64,000 nucleotides of DNA from the human T2T-CHM13v2.0 reference genome, Homo sapiens. The notes below the pieces were generated by a model. It was not told the DNA's origin, ran no database searches, and saw only the letters and a list, made by a program, of their open reading frames with translations. Positions 1-13,385 of this stretch are shown in pieces. The stretch is from NCBI RefSeq assembly GCF_009914755.1, contig NC_060935.1, one strand, 5' to 3'. The number at the start of each line of letters is the position of its first letter. Position 1 is the stretch's first letter. The position numbers and the translations under genes are program-made.

Positions 1-611
1 TCAGTTATTTAAAATTGTATTAGAAAACAAATTGAATACTTAACATCCATGTTTAAATATCAGCATAATTTTTCCCTAAAAATGCTAATATTAGTCTGTT
101 ATTTCTGTAATTTTATAGTTTATTAAAATTTTAAGGAAAAATAGCTATAAAAGTAATATCAATATTTAGTTCTCAGAATCAATGAGTCTGTAATATTTAT
201 GTGTGTGTGTTTGTGTGTGTATTTTTTTTGTTTATGTTTTCTGAAAGCATTTTCTCTACTGACTGCTGCATGTTGGAAGAAATATTAAAAAATGCATCTT
301 TGGTGATAATCAAAAGAATTAATCATAAGTTTAGCTTCAGGCATTTTGGAAAATATGGAATTGGATTTCCTAGTACCTCAACAATTGCCCTTAGTGAGCA
401 ATTTAAAAAATCATCAGTAATAAATTGGGTTTGCTTCCATAATAAATGCTGCCTGGCCCAGTGGGACCGAATAAACAAGAGTAGAGAGCAGAGAGGAAAT
501 AGGCCTCTTCTCTGAGAGCGTCTAGTATATTTTTTCTTTCTGAATGGCCTTAAGCAGCTCATGACATCTCACTTAATGAAAGGACAGATGAGTTTGTTTT
601 TCATCTTTCAT

Positions 612-652
612 CTAAGTGGAAGCTAAGTGGAGACCTCTTAGCTTCCACTTAG
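612..652. repeat. Perfect 16-bp inverted repeat with 9-nt loop
   Basis: ctaagtggaagctaag (612-627) and cttagcttccacttag (637-652) are exact reverse complements. Confidence 0.95.
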
Positions 653-1019
653 TTCAGTGAATTGTCCTTCTGGAAAGGCAATATATCTCTTATTTCAAGA
701 GATTATAGGTGCTTGATGTTCTCTGTATTATTAAAATAGCTTGGTAAAATATGTTTTATAATGATCTGGAAGTAATATTTCAGGTTCCAACTCAGACCAA
801 GTATTAAACAGATCCACAGGATATAAACATGTTGTATTTACACATTTTAGAAGATAGGCATGGTAGTTTTCAAACTGTACAAATTTTTAAAAAGGTTTTA
901 TGTCACTTGCAACCAAGGAGGAGGACATATTGTGTTCTCTATTAAAGGGTAGAGTTAGATTTATATTGATGCATCTGTTTTATATTTTTAGTTGTATAAA
1001 ATATAGAATATGATCATGT

Positions 1020-1205
1020 GTCTGCTTCTGCCATTTACTAATTATATAACAGCAGGTGAGTTAAATGTTCTGAGCTCCTCTCTCTCCATATAAAAGGAAC
1101 AAAATCATACTAAACTGACAACTTTTCATTGAGGATTGGAGATAATTTTTTGAAGCCCCCTAGCAACAAACAAAGCCCATGATAAATACACTACAAATGG
1201 TAGTT
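1020..1205 (+). mobile_element. MIR SINE fragment (degenerate)
   Basis: MIR-like core: tctgccatttactaa...ctgagctcctc...tgaggatt; boundaries approximate. Confidence 0.5.
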
Positions 1206-1907
1206 ACAATGATTGGAATAATATCCTTTCTTTGAGAAGGCTTTCATCCCTTTAAGTCATGGTGATTACATCCTTTTATATAGCATTTCTTTTTTTTTCA
1301 GGTCTAACATTGTATTGTGAAGACACTTTATTACAGAGACACTTTGAAGATGAAAAGTTAAATTTCATTAAGGGATGTTTAGATCAAATGAAAAAGAATA
1401 GTTTAAGATGTTATTTTTTGAAATACGTGTAAAAATATTGTCATGCTTACTCAAGAGAAGGAATAAAATAGTGTGGTTTTTAAAGTCTTTTTAGATAATA
1501 AAGAAACATGAATTTCACATAACCATATATATTATTTTAAAAATAACTTGCTTAAGTATGAAAATATGAAAAAGGAAACTGGCTCCTACCAAATCATATT
1601 GTTTTAAAATGATGCTGAATTTAGCTGTGACACCTGTGGTAAGGTTTCAATTCCTCTAGGAAGGTCTGTTTCAATCTCTGTTTGATATCAGCTGTCAATG
1701 GGGGTCACATTCCACCCCCAACTAGGCAGAATCACAGTTAAACATGATATTTAAATACATAGCTACTTAATTCAGAGAGTTTATGATTAAACTGAAACAA
1801 AAACATAATCTTTCAAATTGAAAAAAAATGTGTTACGGAGACAACTGTGGACTCAGGATTTTGTTATTCATTATTCAGTACTTTGATGAATATTATCACC
1901 CTTCCGA

Positions 1908-2447
1908 TTACCTGTTATTCTGTAGTAATCCATTGAATAATTTTGTGGCTTAAAATAACAGCAATATAATTGTGTTTATGAAGCTACAATTTAGGCATAG
2001 CTCAATGAAAACAGGTTCTCTTTAAATCTACCCAGCTACAGCTGGAGTGCCTCTAAGATGGGAACTGAAATTATCAGAATATTTGTTCACTCACACGTCT
2101 GGTAGTTGAGTCTGACTGTTGGCCATGGCCTTATGTGCAACACAGACAAGTTGCCTCTCAGTGTTTTCTGGACTTCCTCATTACTTGGAAGATAAGTTGC
2201 CAGGGTGAGTGTCCCAAGAGAGACGCTGTGCCATGAACAAGCCGTATCACCTTTTGTGATGCAGTTGTGGAAGTCATGGAATATCTGTCACTGTATTTTA
2301 CTCGGTGAGACTTCAAAAAGTCCTGATCAATTTCAAATAAAGGGAATATAGACTGCAAATCTTGGTTATGAATTGACAAGTCTTGGGAAGAACATGCAAG
2401 ACAAGAAATCTTGTAGTGCCTTGGAGGGAAAAAACACAATCTGCCAG
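1908..2447 (-). mobile_element. MLT1-type (ERVL-MaLR) solo LTR, old
   Basis: Reverse of MLT1 3' end (gtggcttaaaataacagc), plus ttcactcacacgtctggtagttg and gagtgtcccaagagag motifs. Confidence 0.65.
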
Positions 2448-3039
2448 CCTATGTTTTTTAGTGATCAATGAAGAAGCAGTTAACACCATCAGCAGCAGCA
2501 TGTATTCAGAAAGTCAACACAGCATAATAAGATAGGTGGGTCATTTGCTTTGAAGTTTCCATAGGTAAAAAACTAGTCTTCACATTATTCTTGAAATGCA
2601 TTATCCCCAATTTAGACAGTTTCAGAGGTATTAAATAATCCAAGGAAAATTATATATATTTAATATGTAGAATATTTTGAACTTGAAATCAGATCTTTCT
2701 GGAGACAATGAAAATATATTTCCCAACTCGATTTATGAGGGTTTGGTAGTAAAGACTTTTGAAAAACAAATTCCATGTCTCCAAACTCTCTAATGATATC
2801 ATGGGTCACTAAGAAGGAATTAACTTTGGTTTGCCAATGGTATGTGCACATACTTGTTATTTGTTCACATTTTATTTTTCTAAGCAAAATGATTTATGAC
2901 TTCCTAAAACCTATTAGCTGACTAAGTGACCCTCTCACTCTGAGACAATTAGATATTGTAGTCTAAAGATTATTGAATGTAGAATCAGAAAGCATAGACT
3001 TTGGTCCTTGTTGATTTATAATAGAGTGGAAGAAAAAAC

Positions 3040-3190
3040 CCAGAGACCCAAACATCATCACTGAGTAGCTGAATGAATACTAATTATTTCCATTCAGATT
3101 TTTCCATGTGAGAAAAATAATCCTCTTCTCTTTAAGCTACCAGAATGGTCCTTTTGATTTCTTGCAGCTCAATACAATTCTTAACTGATG
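3040..3190 (+). mobile_element. MLT1 LTR 3' fragment
   Basis: atgtgagaaaaataatcctc...tttaagcta...ttcttgcagc...cttaactgat resembles the MLT1 3' terminus. Confidence 0.5.
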
Positions 3191-4064
3191 TAGATTCTAT
3201 TTCTTCATTTTCAACAGACTCCTCCAAGAAATTTAATTTTCCACCACAGTTCACAAAGATGTTCCTATCCTCAACTCCTGTGGTTAAAACACATTTCCAT
3301 GTTTCACAGAAAAAAATGCCAAAATTGTTTCATTTTAATATTAGTAAGAAAGATGAGTTGTTTAACATGGAATTAAAGTGAATAGGTCTCAGACCATTGT
3401 AAGACTTTTAAAATAATACAACTATGTATCACGAGAAAGTCATGATAGCAATCCCGTCATGATAGCAATCCGATTTTGGTTTTCTGCCATTTTGTTCCAT
3501 AAGCATTCTATATTTCACCTTTTTGTTATTATCAAATAGATTATTGCCGAGGACTTCTCCCATGATTTTTTTAAATATAGTGTACTATAAATATGTCTCA
3601 GAAATGACACATATAATGCCTCCTTTTTCAAGGTTTACAAAATTTACTAATATATCCTGGCTTTGATAACTTTTGCAGTTTAAGCAGTGATTCCAAATTA
3701 TTGAATTATATTCTTTGCCCCTGCTGCTGCTCCTGCTGTATATATTTATTAACATTTCTGGGGATCAGCTTTTAGAAATGTTGAACTTAATTATTCTATT
3801 CTGAACAGGAGAATTTGCAATATATTTTCTCTGAATCTCACAAGTTTTGGCTGCACACACAAAAAAATGAAAAAATAAATCACGTACCTATTTAATGTAT
3901 CAATCCCCTTCACCTGCTTTTTCTCAACTATACATCAATTTAACCTTCATAAGTTGCTAATTTAAAACTAATTGGTATAATTGGCAATATTATATTTAAT
4001 TATTCTTTTTAGGACATAGACATAACAAAATAAATTGTAGATAGAGAAAAAAATTTATAACCTC

Positions 4065-4330
4065 AGTGATTGGCAATTTCATTCTCCTCTTTGTTCAGGA
4101 CAAAAATGTTGCAGTCATTCTTGATATCTTTTTCTCATATCCCACATTCAATCTGTACTTAAGTTACATGGGTGCTACCATGTAAATGCATTCAAAATTT
4201 AAATTCACCAAAATATATCCAGATTTTGACCTTTTCTTGCCACCTACATTTACAACACACATCTAAGCCACCCTCATCTCTTGTCTGGACTGTTCCTTCA
4301 AAATGCCAAGCATTGCTCTCCTGTCTCTGC
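4065..4330 (+). mobile_element. L2 LINE fragment
   Basis: gtcattcttgat...cccacattcaatc...aagccaccctcatctcttgtctggact is typical of L2. Confidence 0.6.
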
Positions 4331-5409
4331 CAAAGACAAAGTTAGAGTCATAGTAGTTGGAGCAACTTGTTGCATGGGGATCTGAACAGTTAAGGTTGTA
4401 GGGGAAGTTAAGAAGCTTAAGAAACCTGAAAATTAGGGTAGCCAGGGGTCACATAGTCATGTAGGTAACTATTAGGAAACAGCAGGCACTGGTGGGAAGG
4501 CCACGATGGAAGACACAAATATCTCTGAAGGAAGACATTTATAGGGATGAGAGAAACAAAACAAGGAAAGCAAGACATGATACTAGGATATGACCTTGAA
4601 ACCTGGTCAAAAACTCGACAGTCACTTTTTTCTATCAGAGACAATAAAAACCTGCGGGTATTGACTGAGTTGGATCTTCGTAGGACATAAACTAGATATA
4701 TACCTTCATGGAGAACAAGATAGAAGATAAAAGAAGTGGAGCTGCTCTTTTGGTACCTGGGCAATTTTACAGCATTTATAGAATAATAATATAAAATTAT
4801 GTCACAACTTTAGTTTGCAGAACAAATAAGAAAATAATAGTGTAAAACTATCACAATGTGTTCCATTTAAAGTAATAGATCTAGTTGGACACATTAAAAC
4901 ACATTATAGGCCTTCAGAAGGGGTTAAATATCAAGTCCACATATAATATTTTCTTTATGATAGCTGTCTATGCAATTTTACCAACCTCTTCTGGCAGAGA
5001 GAGAGAGTTAAATGATGTGTTACTAAATCACATAAGGCAGGCTCACCTATTGTGCTTCATGTATTTTTTATTCAAAATAAATTTCTGAAAACAGCATGGC
5101 ATTCCCTTTGGTGTCTGTGCCTTTGTGATTTCTTCCCATGCTGCTGCAAAGAGCTCCTCCAGCATCGCATACTCTCCACAGGGCCGGCACACATAATAAA
5201 GAATATCACTAAGGAAAATGTTTATATTTAAGTGATGTGAAACCATGGAGGAAAGAAAGCTCACAAGTGCTTTAACAGTTTTAATGTTAGCTGGCATGTG
5301 TTATTTCAAAATGTGTTGTTTCACTTAATAGTTTATTTGTGATAACTAGAAATGAAAAAGAATTGTGGTTTTCAGCATGAGCCGATTAAAAGTCTATGCC
5401 CTAAAAAAA

Positions 5410-5612
5410 TCTTTCCTCAACATGAGCACTATTGACATTTTGAGCTCAGTGATTGTTACAGGGGACTGTACTGAGTACTTTGATGTTTAGCAGCATCCTT
5501 TGCTTCTACTCCTTAGATGCCAGAGAACACTTAAGTTGTGACCACCAACAATGCCTCCAGAAATTGCCAAATATGCCCTTGGGCAAAAAAGATGCATAGG
5601 TGAGAACCACTT
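5410..5612 (-). mobile_element. MER20 hAT-Charlie DNA transposon
   Basis: gcactattgacatttt...gatgtttagcagcatcc...tagatgccag...gttgtgac...tgagaaccact is the reverse complement of the MER20 consensus. Confidence 0.85.
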
Positions 5613-5619
5613 CCTTATA

Positions 5620-5770
5620 GACTAAGTGTTCCTGGAGTCAGATCTTAGTTCCCATTCATACTCTTATCACTGTGGGATTCAGGTTAAGCTAGCACCTCTC
5701 TGTGTTTAGTTTCTTAGTCTGTAAAATGTGAACTGTAGGACAAATTGTAAGATAATTTTAAATGAGCCAA
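5620..5770 (+). mobile_element. MIR fragment
   Basis: ggagtcaga...cctctctgtgtttagtttcttagtctgtaaaatg. Confidence 0.6.
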
Positions 5771-5904
5771 AAGATTTTATGGTATCTTCAATGGAAATAT
5801 GTGTAGCATATCTGATTAAATGGGAGACTTCAACATTCAGTATCTTTGAGCTCCTTTACAACACTAACTTATAGAAAACTTAATGTATGAATTCTTGATG
5901 AGAA

Positions 5905-6567
5905 TGTCAACAAAGAATCAAACTCTACAAAATATTTGAAGAGATATATTCTGAGACAAATATGAGGGACCATGACCCATGACACAGCCCCAGGAGATCC
6001 CAAGAACATGTGCCCAGAGTGGTCAGGCTTCAACTTGCTTTTACATTTTACAGCTTGGCTTTATACATTTTAGGCAGACATAAGCCATCAGACAATACAT
6101 ATATGATGCACATTGGTTTGGTCCTGAAGGATGGATGTTTCTTACTGACGTAAAAAGCTGCCAGGCTCTTAGTTAATTCTCTTCTGGATCAGGAGAAAGA
6201 CTTGGATATGGAAGAGGATTCTCTACAGAATGTAGATTTTCCCAAGAGACGGCTTTGCAGGGATATTTCAAAATACAGCAAAGAAATATATTTTCGGCCT
6301 TCTGTCATGTTGCTATCTTATTGCTACAGAATCTGCTTTATCAGTCTTAAAAACCTGTTTTAATGTTGATTATTGGTCAGCTGTGTCTGAATTCCAATGG
6401 GAGGAAGGGATAATGATGTATGTCCAACCACCCATTCCTACAAAAGCCTACAACCCATTCGTGTTATGGCCTGAACTAATGTTTCAGTTTAATTTAGAAT
6501 GCTCTTGGCTGAGAGGAGGGTTCTATTCGGTTGCTTGAAGGGCTTCAAATTTTATTTTTGGTTTACA
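5905..6567 (-). mobile_element. MER4-family ERV1 solo LTR
   Basis: TG...CA termini; reverse strand begins tgtaaaccaaaaataaaatt, the MER4 start; gacacagccccaggag...agaacatgtgccc motif. Confidence 0.85.
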
Positions 6568-6925
6568 ACACAAATTCAATTGAATCTGCTAGAATGTAAT
6601 CGATTACTGGCCTGTAGATATAAGAGAGCCTCTTTTGGTTTTGCATCTATTTTAAAATTCATTTCAACATTCCTTATTTGACTAAATATACATGGCACAT
6701 GAATTCTCCTTTAAATCTATTGTAACTAGTTCTCTCATTAATGAAATGAAATAATTTTCATGTGAACACTTTATATCTATATGACAGTTAAGAGTGTACA
6801 GATTTTTAAATAATTATAATAATGTTTAAATGATTGGTAAGTAGAATCATTGAAAAAATGTGTGTGAAGCATCTGAATAGTCAGGACAAAATAATTACTA
6901 TTACCATGGTTATTCCTAGCATTAA

Positions 6926-7292
<367 letters not shown>

Positions 7293-7619
7293 AACAGTAT
7301 CAATTTTTAAAAACCTTCAGTTATTTTATTAACACACTTCCCAAATCACAATTTTGAAATATATGAATGAAATTAATACCATATTTTTATTGAGGTAAAG
7401 CTATTCAGTTGTCTTCCTGTTTAATGCCCAGTATTTCCACGTCCAGACAACCAAGCCTGACATAAAAATATGTCAGAAACTACTGTTTTTCCATTCGTAA
7501 ACCATTGGGTTTTTCTTTGTTCTAAATGAAAATAAGTAACAACCACATATTGAGGCCCAGTATATGCCCAGTAGTGTGTTAAGCACTGTACAAAGCAACC
7601 CCTCACTATATATCTAACG

Positions 7620-7880
7620 GTAGCTAACTACATCTATTTACATTTTACTGTGTTCCAGGGAAGTGATAGCTCTTTAACATGTATTATTTAATATACACCT
7701 CAGGATAATTATGCAGGGTGGCTATTATTATCATCCCCCCTCATCACATAAGAGGGAAGTGAAATGACAAGGTTGTCATCTGTTCAATGTTCATAGTCAA
7801 TGAGGGGAAGGGACGGGATTACAACCTGCAGGCCTTCAGGCTCCAGAACCAGCACTCTTACCCAACAACCACACTGCCTC
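7620..7880 (-). mobile_element. MIR SINE
   Basis: tattattatcatccccc...ggctccagaaccagcactctta...cacactgcctc. Confidence 0.65.
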
Positions 7881-8089
7881 TTTCATTACCTCTTTAATTC
7901 CTAACATTTTTTGTGTATTATTGTGCCCATTATATAGATGCATAAACAAGTTCAGAGATGCAAGTTAGATAGCTAGTCAGTAGCACTCAACAACATTTGA
8001 ATAGCTTTCCTTCTGTTTTGTCCTGCAAACTCTTCCTGTCTTGTGTCTTGTTATTTCTCAAATTCATGTAGACTCCCTCAATTCTTCCC

Positions 8090-8520
8090 TCCTTCTAAAT
8101 GAGGGCATTCCGCATGGATTCATGCCTGATCTTCCAGTTTTATTTTTATATAGTTACTTATATTGCTACTATTTCAATTCTCAATTTAAACAACTTTAAA
8201 AATTATAATTTTAGACAAAATGTCTTTCTATACCCAGAGCTCCAAATGCACAATTGACAATTCCCATCCAAAACCATATTTGCCACATAAACATGACTAA
8301 CACTACATCTTTTTTCTAGAATTAGTTCTAATTATCTTTAAGAAATTTCCATTTTGTTCCCAGTTATTCAGACCTGAAACTTCTTAGACATTGTAACAGC
8401 TCCCATATCCTATTATCTGTCACACCTGTCTCTTCCTTCTTTTTGGTCTGCTGCTTTATCCCAAATAATGCTGGACATATACAAATTATTCTGTAAATTT
8501 TTGCTGAATAAATTTATCAA
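8090..8520 (+). mobile_element. L2 fragments
   Basis: Degenerate L2-like motifs ending in ttttgctgaataaat; boundaries approximate. Confidence 0.4.
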
Positions 8521-9701
8521 TAGGCTCTTACATCAGTCTAAGTTCATATCTCTGTCACTGCACACCAGTAGCACCTCCAAAATCCCCCTAACTACTCTGT
8601 CATTCAGTAAGTCCCTGTCTTCAAGACAGAATCCACACTGGTGTCTGATAGCTCTTATATAAATGACTTTTCAATTTCCCCAGGAAAAATACGAAGCCTT
8701 CAACCTGACATTAGAGGGTCTCACAATCAGGTTTCAATCAACATCTTCAGGTTTACATGCAGTTATTTCCTTCTACCTTCATGTTCCTCAGGATCTATTT
8801 CAAATATCACTTCAAATCAGACATCCCAACTTCAAGAGCTGCAAAGCAATCTTGCTTTTGTGTGTTTGGCTTTGGCAAGAAAGTACAGATGTTCTATTTG
8901 TACTAGGTAAGTTAACAATGGCTATTGTAATTAATAAACATGAATATCTTGATACCACAGTAAAAGTTTCTTTCTTATCCAGTTGTTTATACCACTCTGG
9001 TATTCTCAACTTTTTCGCTTATGCACTTCTCCAGGTTTGATCCCTGCTCCTAATACTCAGGGGAGACAAAAAAACTAATACTATATAAGAATGAATAGAC
9101 ATCCTATAGTACATGACTACGAACTTTTAAATAAAGCAACAAAAGGATCATGATTATTCATATTTAGTGACAACAAATTCCATATATAGTGCTCCCTAAA
9201 TCTTCACCAAAACTCAATGAGTTTGTTGCAATTATTATTTTATTTTACAAATAACCCAAGACTCAGAGAGTTGGAATGGCCTACCTAAATAATTAGTATA
9301 GCTAGTAAATGATAGCTTTGGTATTTATAATAAGATAATCTATACCTAAGGCTCATTTCTTTATTAGTGGCACCATACTCTTAAAATAATATAAATAAAA
9401 CTGCCCGTGGAACAATTTCAGACAATAGGATACATAATGAAGTTGTAAAGGCAAAAGGCTTTACCTGCCAAACTTAAAAGCTACTTATTCTATAGTGTCA
9501 CAAATGCCTCAGAAGTCTCTGGGTAACCACTTCATCATTCTATGAAATTTAAAAGATGTGCCATCATCTGACTCTCAAATCAGTTCCTCACTTAGGATAA
9601 CACATAACATGGCTGAACACATGATTACAGTGAAACCATGTAGTGGATCATACACAGTGTGGGCCTTAGAATAGCGAAGGTCTGATTTTGAATGTTGACT
9701 C

Positions 9702-10077
9702 TGTATTAGTCTGCTCTCACACTACTAAAAAGAATTACCGGAGATGGGTAATTTGCAAAGAAAAGAGGTTTAATTGACTCACAGTTCCACCGGCTTAATA
9801 GGAAGCACAACTCAGAGACCTCAGGAAACTTACAATCATGGTGGAAAGTGAAGGGGAAGGAAGCATGCCTTAGCAAGGTGTAGAAGAGAAAGAGACCGAA
9901 GGGGGCAGTAACACACTTTCAAACAGCCAGATCTCATGAAAACTCACTATCAGGAGAACAGCAAGGGGAAAGTCTACTCCCATGATTCAGTAACCTCCCA
10001 GCAAGCCCCTCCCCTGACACGTGGGGATTACAATTCGAGATGAGATTTGGGTGGGGACACAGAGTCAAACTATGTCA
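9702..10077 (-). mobile_element. MSTA/THE1D-like MaLR solo LTR inserted into a MIR
   Basis: tgtattagtc...gagatttgggtggggacacagag...tatgtca; TSD gactc/gacta; MIR sequence resumes at ~10083. Confidence 0.9.
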
Positions 10078-11399
10078 GACTATCACTTAACTTGGGCAAG
10101 TTATTTACTTAACTTCCTTCTTTGTGCAAATAGAATATTAAGACCTACCTCAAATTGTTATTGTGAGGACAAAATAAATAAAGCAATTAAAGGGTCCTGT
10201 AGAATGAATGCTTGATACTTAATAGGTTCTTATTAAGCAAAAGGTAATAATATCTTGAACGAAAACTGTTTAAATACTTTCTTACCTTCATACAATTTTT
10301 AATGCAAGATTCTAAATTTAACATGGTAAGTCTGAAATTTAGATGGACAATTTTTTGTCAAATCTTGATTTTGCATGGTTGGTACAGTTCCCTTGCAAAG
10401 AACGCGAAAATCGACCTATGCTAAAAACGACCACGTGTCAAGTTGTTATTTGGAAAGCACAGAGTCATTTAAACTAGCATAGCATTAAAATGCATTATGA
10501 AAACGAGGATGCTGAGTGTTGCCAACCTCCAGTAAAATTAACTTCAAGCTTCATTTAAAATGAATGTCTATGTAGGCAGATACTTTAAAAATTATCTTAC
10601 GCCAAATACTCTAAAAATGATAATGAATTTGAAAGATTTAGGCAGATAATAATGTCATTTGTCTTAATTTAGTTGTTTACTAAAATAAAAGGTTATCTCA
10701 TCTATGCATATAGTTTGCTTCTCCAGACCCGTTTTCTAACCTTTCTATATTTATTATTTTTATCTCTGAGGTTGCCCCAGTTAGAAAGAAAATGCTGCAA
10801 TATACTTGACTTTTAAAATATTTAGGATACCCGACCCAAAGAAATTGGCTGAAGTGAAGCAAATATGATTGTTACTTTAGTGCACAATTTAAACTGATCG
10901 ACCTTTCAAGTAAATGTTAGAGGCACTCATAAGTCACTGGCTTGAAAGGAAATACTTCATCCTTGTGAAGGTCGAGGGCCTGGAATGTTACAGTTAGTTT
11001 ACCAGATGGCTGAATTCCACAGAATAAGTTAAAACCCAAGTGTTAGAAATTCCTTTATAAGTTTACATCCCAGAGTGCCTTGTTAACATACATGTTAATG
11101 TTGACCATGCACACAGAATATTATTTCATCGTTCACTACATTTAGCCAAAACAATGTTCGTCATCTACACTGCTTCTCTAATCAACACTTAACAAAGAAG
11201 ACATAACAGGCAAACGAGCAGTTTTTGTCAGAGGCCTTGTCTAGGAGCCTTAGACACATAAGGGAATGGAACGTCTAGAGGTTTCCCCTTAAAGATTGCC
11301 ATTGTCATGGTTAATCTCATCCTCTTCAAACTCTGCTTTGTGATCCATAATTTTGATCAATCCCTTTCTTCTTTCTACAAGCCATATACAAAGTTCAGT

Positions 11400-11815
11400 G
11401 CCAAGTGCTACTAGCAGTATAAGTACAGCTTGGCTTCTCCCTGACATAGTTCACAGATATTCACTGCAATATTTTATGCAGTTTCCTGCCTTTATTCCCT
11501 TGAAACATTGAGCCATGTGTATAAAGAAGCCAGACTTTCATACTGATGATCAGCTACTCAGAGGAGAACTGAGCCCTCCTAGATGAAAGTCAGGACCAAC
11601 TGCCAGCACATATGAAGCCACCTTGGACTTTCTAGCAGAAGGTATTATCCAACAGAATGTAACTCCATTACATTCTAGACACAGGTGAAAGCAGGCAATT
11701 CAGGTGAAAGCAGCAGAAAATGCTCAACCAAGTCACAAAATAAGAAAAACTAAATTATCATTTTAAGCCATTAGGTTTTAAAGGTAGTTTCGTTATGTAA
11801 CATAATTGGTAAAAT
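11400..11815 (+). mobile_element. MLT1 (F/G/H-like) LTR
   Basis: gaggagaactgag...aactgccagc...gccaccttgga...ttttaagccatta...gttatgtaaca. Confidence 0.65.
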
Positions 11816-11862
11816 ATCACTTTATAGTACTTACAATTTGCAATATATAGTATCTTCCGAGT

Positions 11863-12089
11863 CAGGGATCAGCAAACATTTTCTATAAAGGGCCTGACAG
11901 TAAAAACTTCAGACTTTGACGGCCATATGGTCTATGTCATACCAACTCAACTCAGCACTTGCAGTGCAAAAGCAGCTATAGATAATGGGTAAATAAACTG
12001 CAAATAGTTTTATTGTGATCCAATAAAACTATTTACAAAAATAGGCAGATGAATGGATTTGGTTTTCAGGCACAGTTTTCTGAATCCTG
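11863..12089. mobile_element. MER58A hAT MITE
   Basis: cagggatcagcaaac...aaagggcc...caataaaactatttacaaaaataggc...cctg; 8-bp TSD ttccgagt/ttctaagt. Confidence 0.85.
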
Positions 12090-12228
12090 TTCTAAGTTGA
12101 CAGTCTAGAAGAATGTGTTAATTCTCATCTCATAGTGTGCATTCAATTACTAATAATTAGTCTCTTTATTGACTTTAGAAAATTATGTATGAGAAGAATT
12201 CTTGAAGGCTTTGCTCTAAAGAATATCA

Positions 12229-12360
12229 AGCTGCCACCGTGGTTCATACCTGTAAACTCAACACTTTGGTAGGCCAAGACGGGAGGATAACTCGAGGCCA
12301 GGAATTTGAGACCAGCCTGGGCAACACAGTGAGATCCCATCTCTACAAAAAAAAAAAAAA
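12229..12360 (+). mobile_element. FLAM_C / Alu left monomer
   Basis: Single monomer ending catctctac plus A-tail; TSD-like aatatca at 12222-12228 and 12363-12369. Confidence 0.85.
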
Positions 12361-12410
12361 GCAATATCAGGACCAACTATGATAGTTAACATCCTTGTGT
12401 GCAGTGTGGT

Positions 12411-12858
12411 TGTTGTGCCAAATCCCTGTTGACTCTAGTAGAGATGGCACCTAGTGCAAGAGGCTGAAGAAGAGACCCAGAGACAGCAAATGAGACATGG
12501 GATTTTATTGGGGGTTTACATACAGGGGAGAGAGTCGAGTGATGATGGACTGGGCAGGAGAACCACAACCACTTGCAAAAGATGTGCAGTTAAGGTAGCA
12601 TTCTCACTTAGCACCCTTTCCCTAACAACCCACACCTGGCAACTTTGAGGGAACCCCAAACTCGATGCCTTGATCCCCTACATGGCCTGTGTGCCATGGG
12701 ACAAGCCAGGGGCTCAGATGTTCCAAATAGAAAAGGAACAAATCTCCAGGCTGGCCACTCCCAGATTCCTAGCTTGGAGCACACATTAAGGAGACTGCCA
12801 TACAGGGTCATTCTCAGGGTACGCTTACATTATTGCTATCAGGTGCATTTACCATACA
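12411..12858 (-). mobile_element. ERVL solo LTR (LTR47A-like)
   Basis: TG...CA; reverse strand starts tgtatggtaaatgcacctgatagcaataa...ccctgagaatgaccctgtatggcag. Confidence 0.7.
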
Positions 12859-13010
12859 CGGGTTAATCCAGGTCAACATTCTCAATGCAGAATATTGCAC
12901 AGAACTCAACAAATGTAAATATTGTTCAGTATATTTTTCTAAAATCATAGTATTGCTATTTAAAATAGAATAACAAAAATTTGAAGACAATAAAAATATT
13001 GAAACAATCA

Positions 13011-13385
<375 letters not shown>

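Noticed and set aside
1285-1303. Polypyrimidine tract plus CAG (possible splice acceptor; similar at ~58490)
   Set aside because: Common in AT-rich DNA; no supporting ORF or donor site
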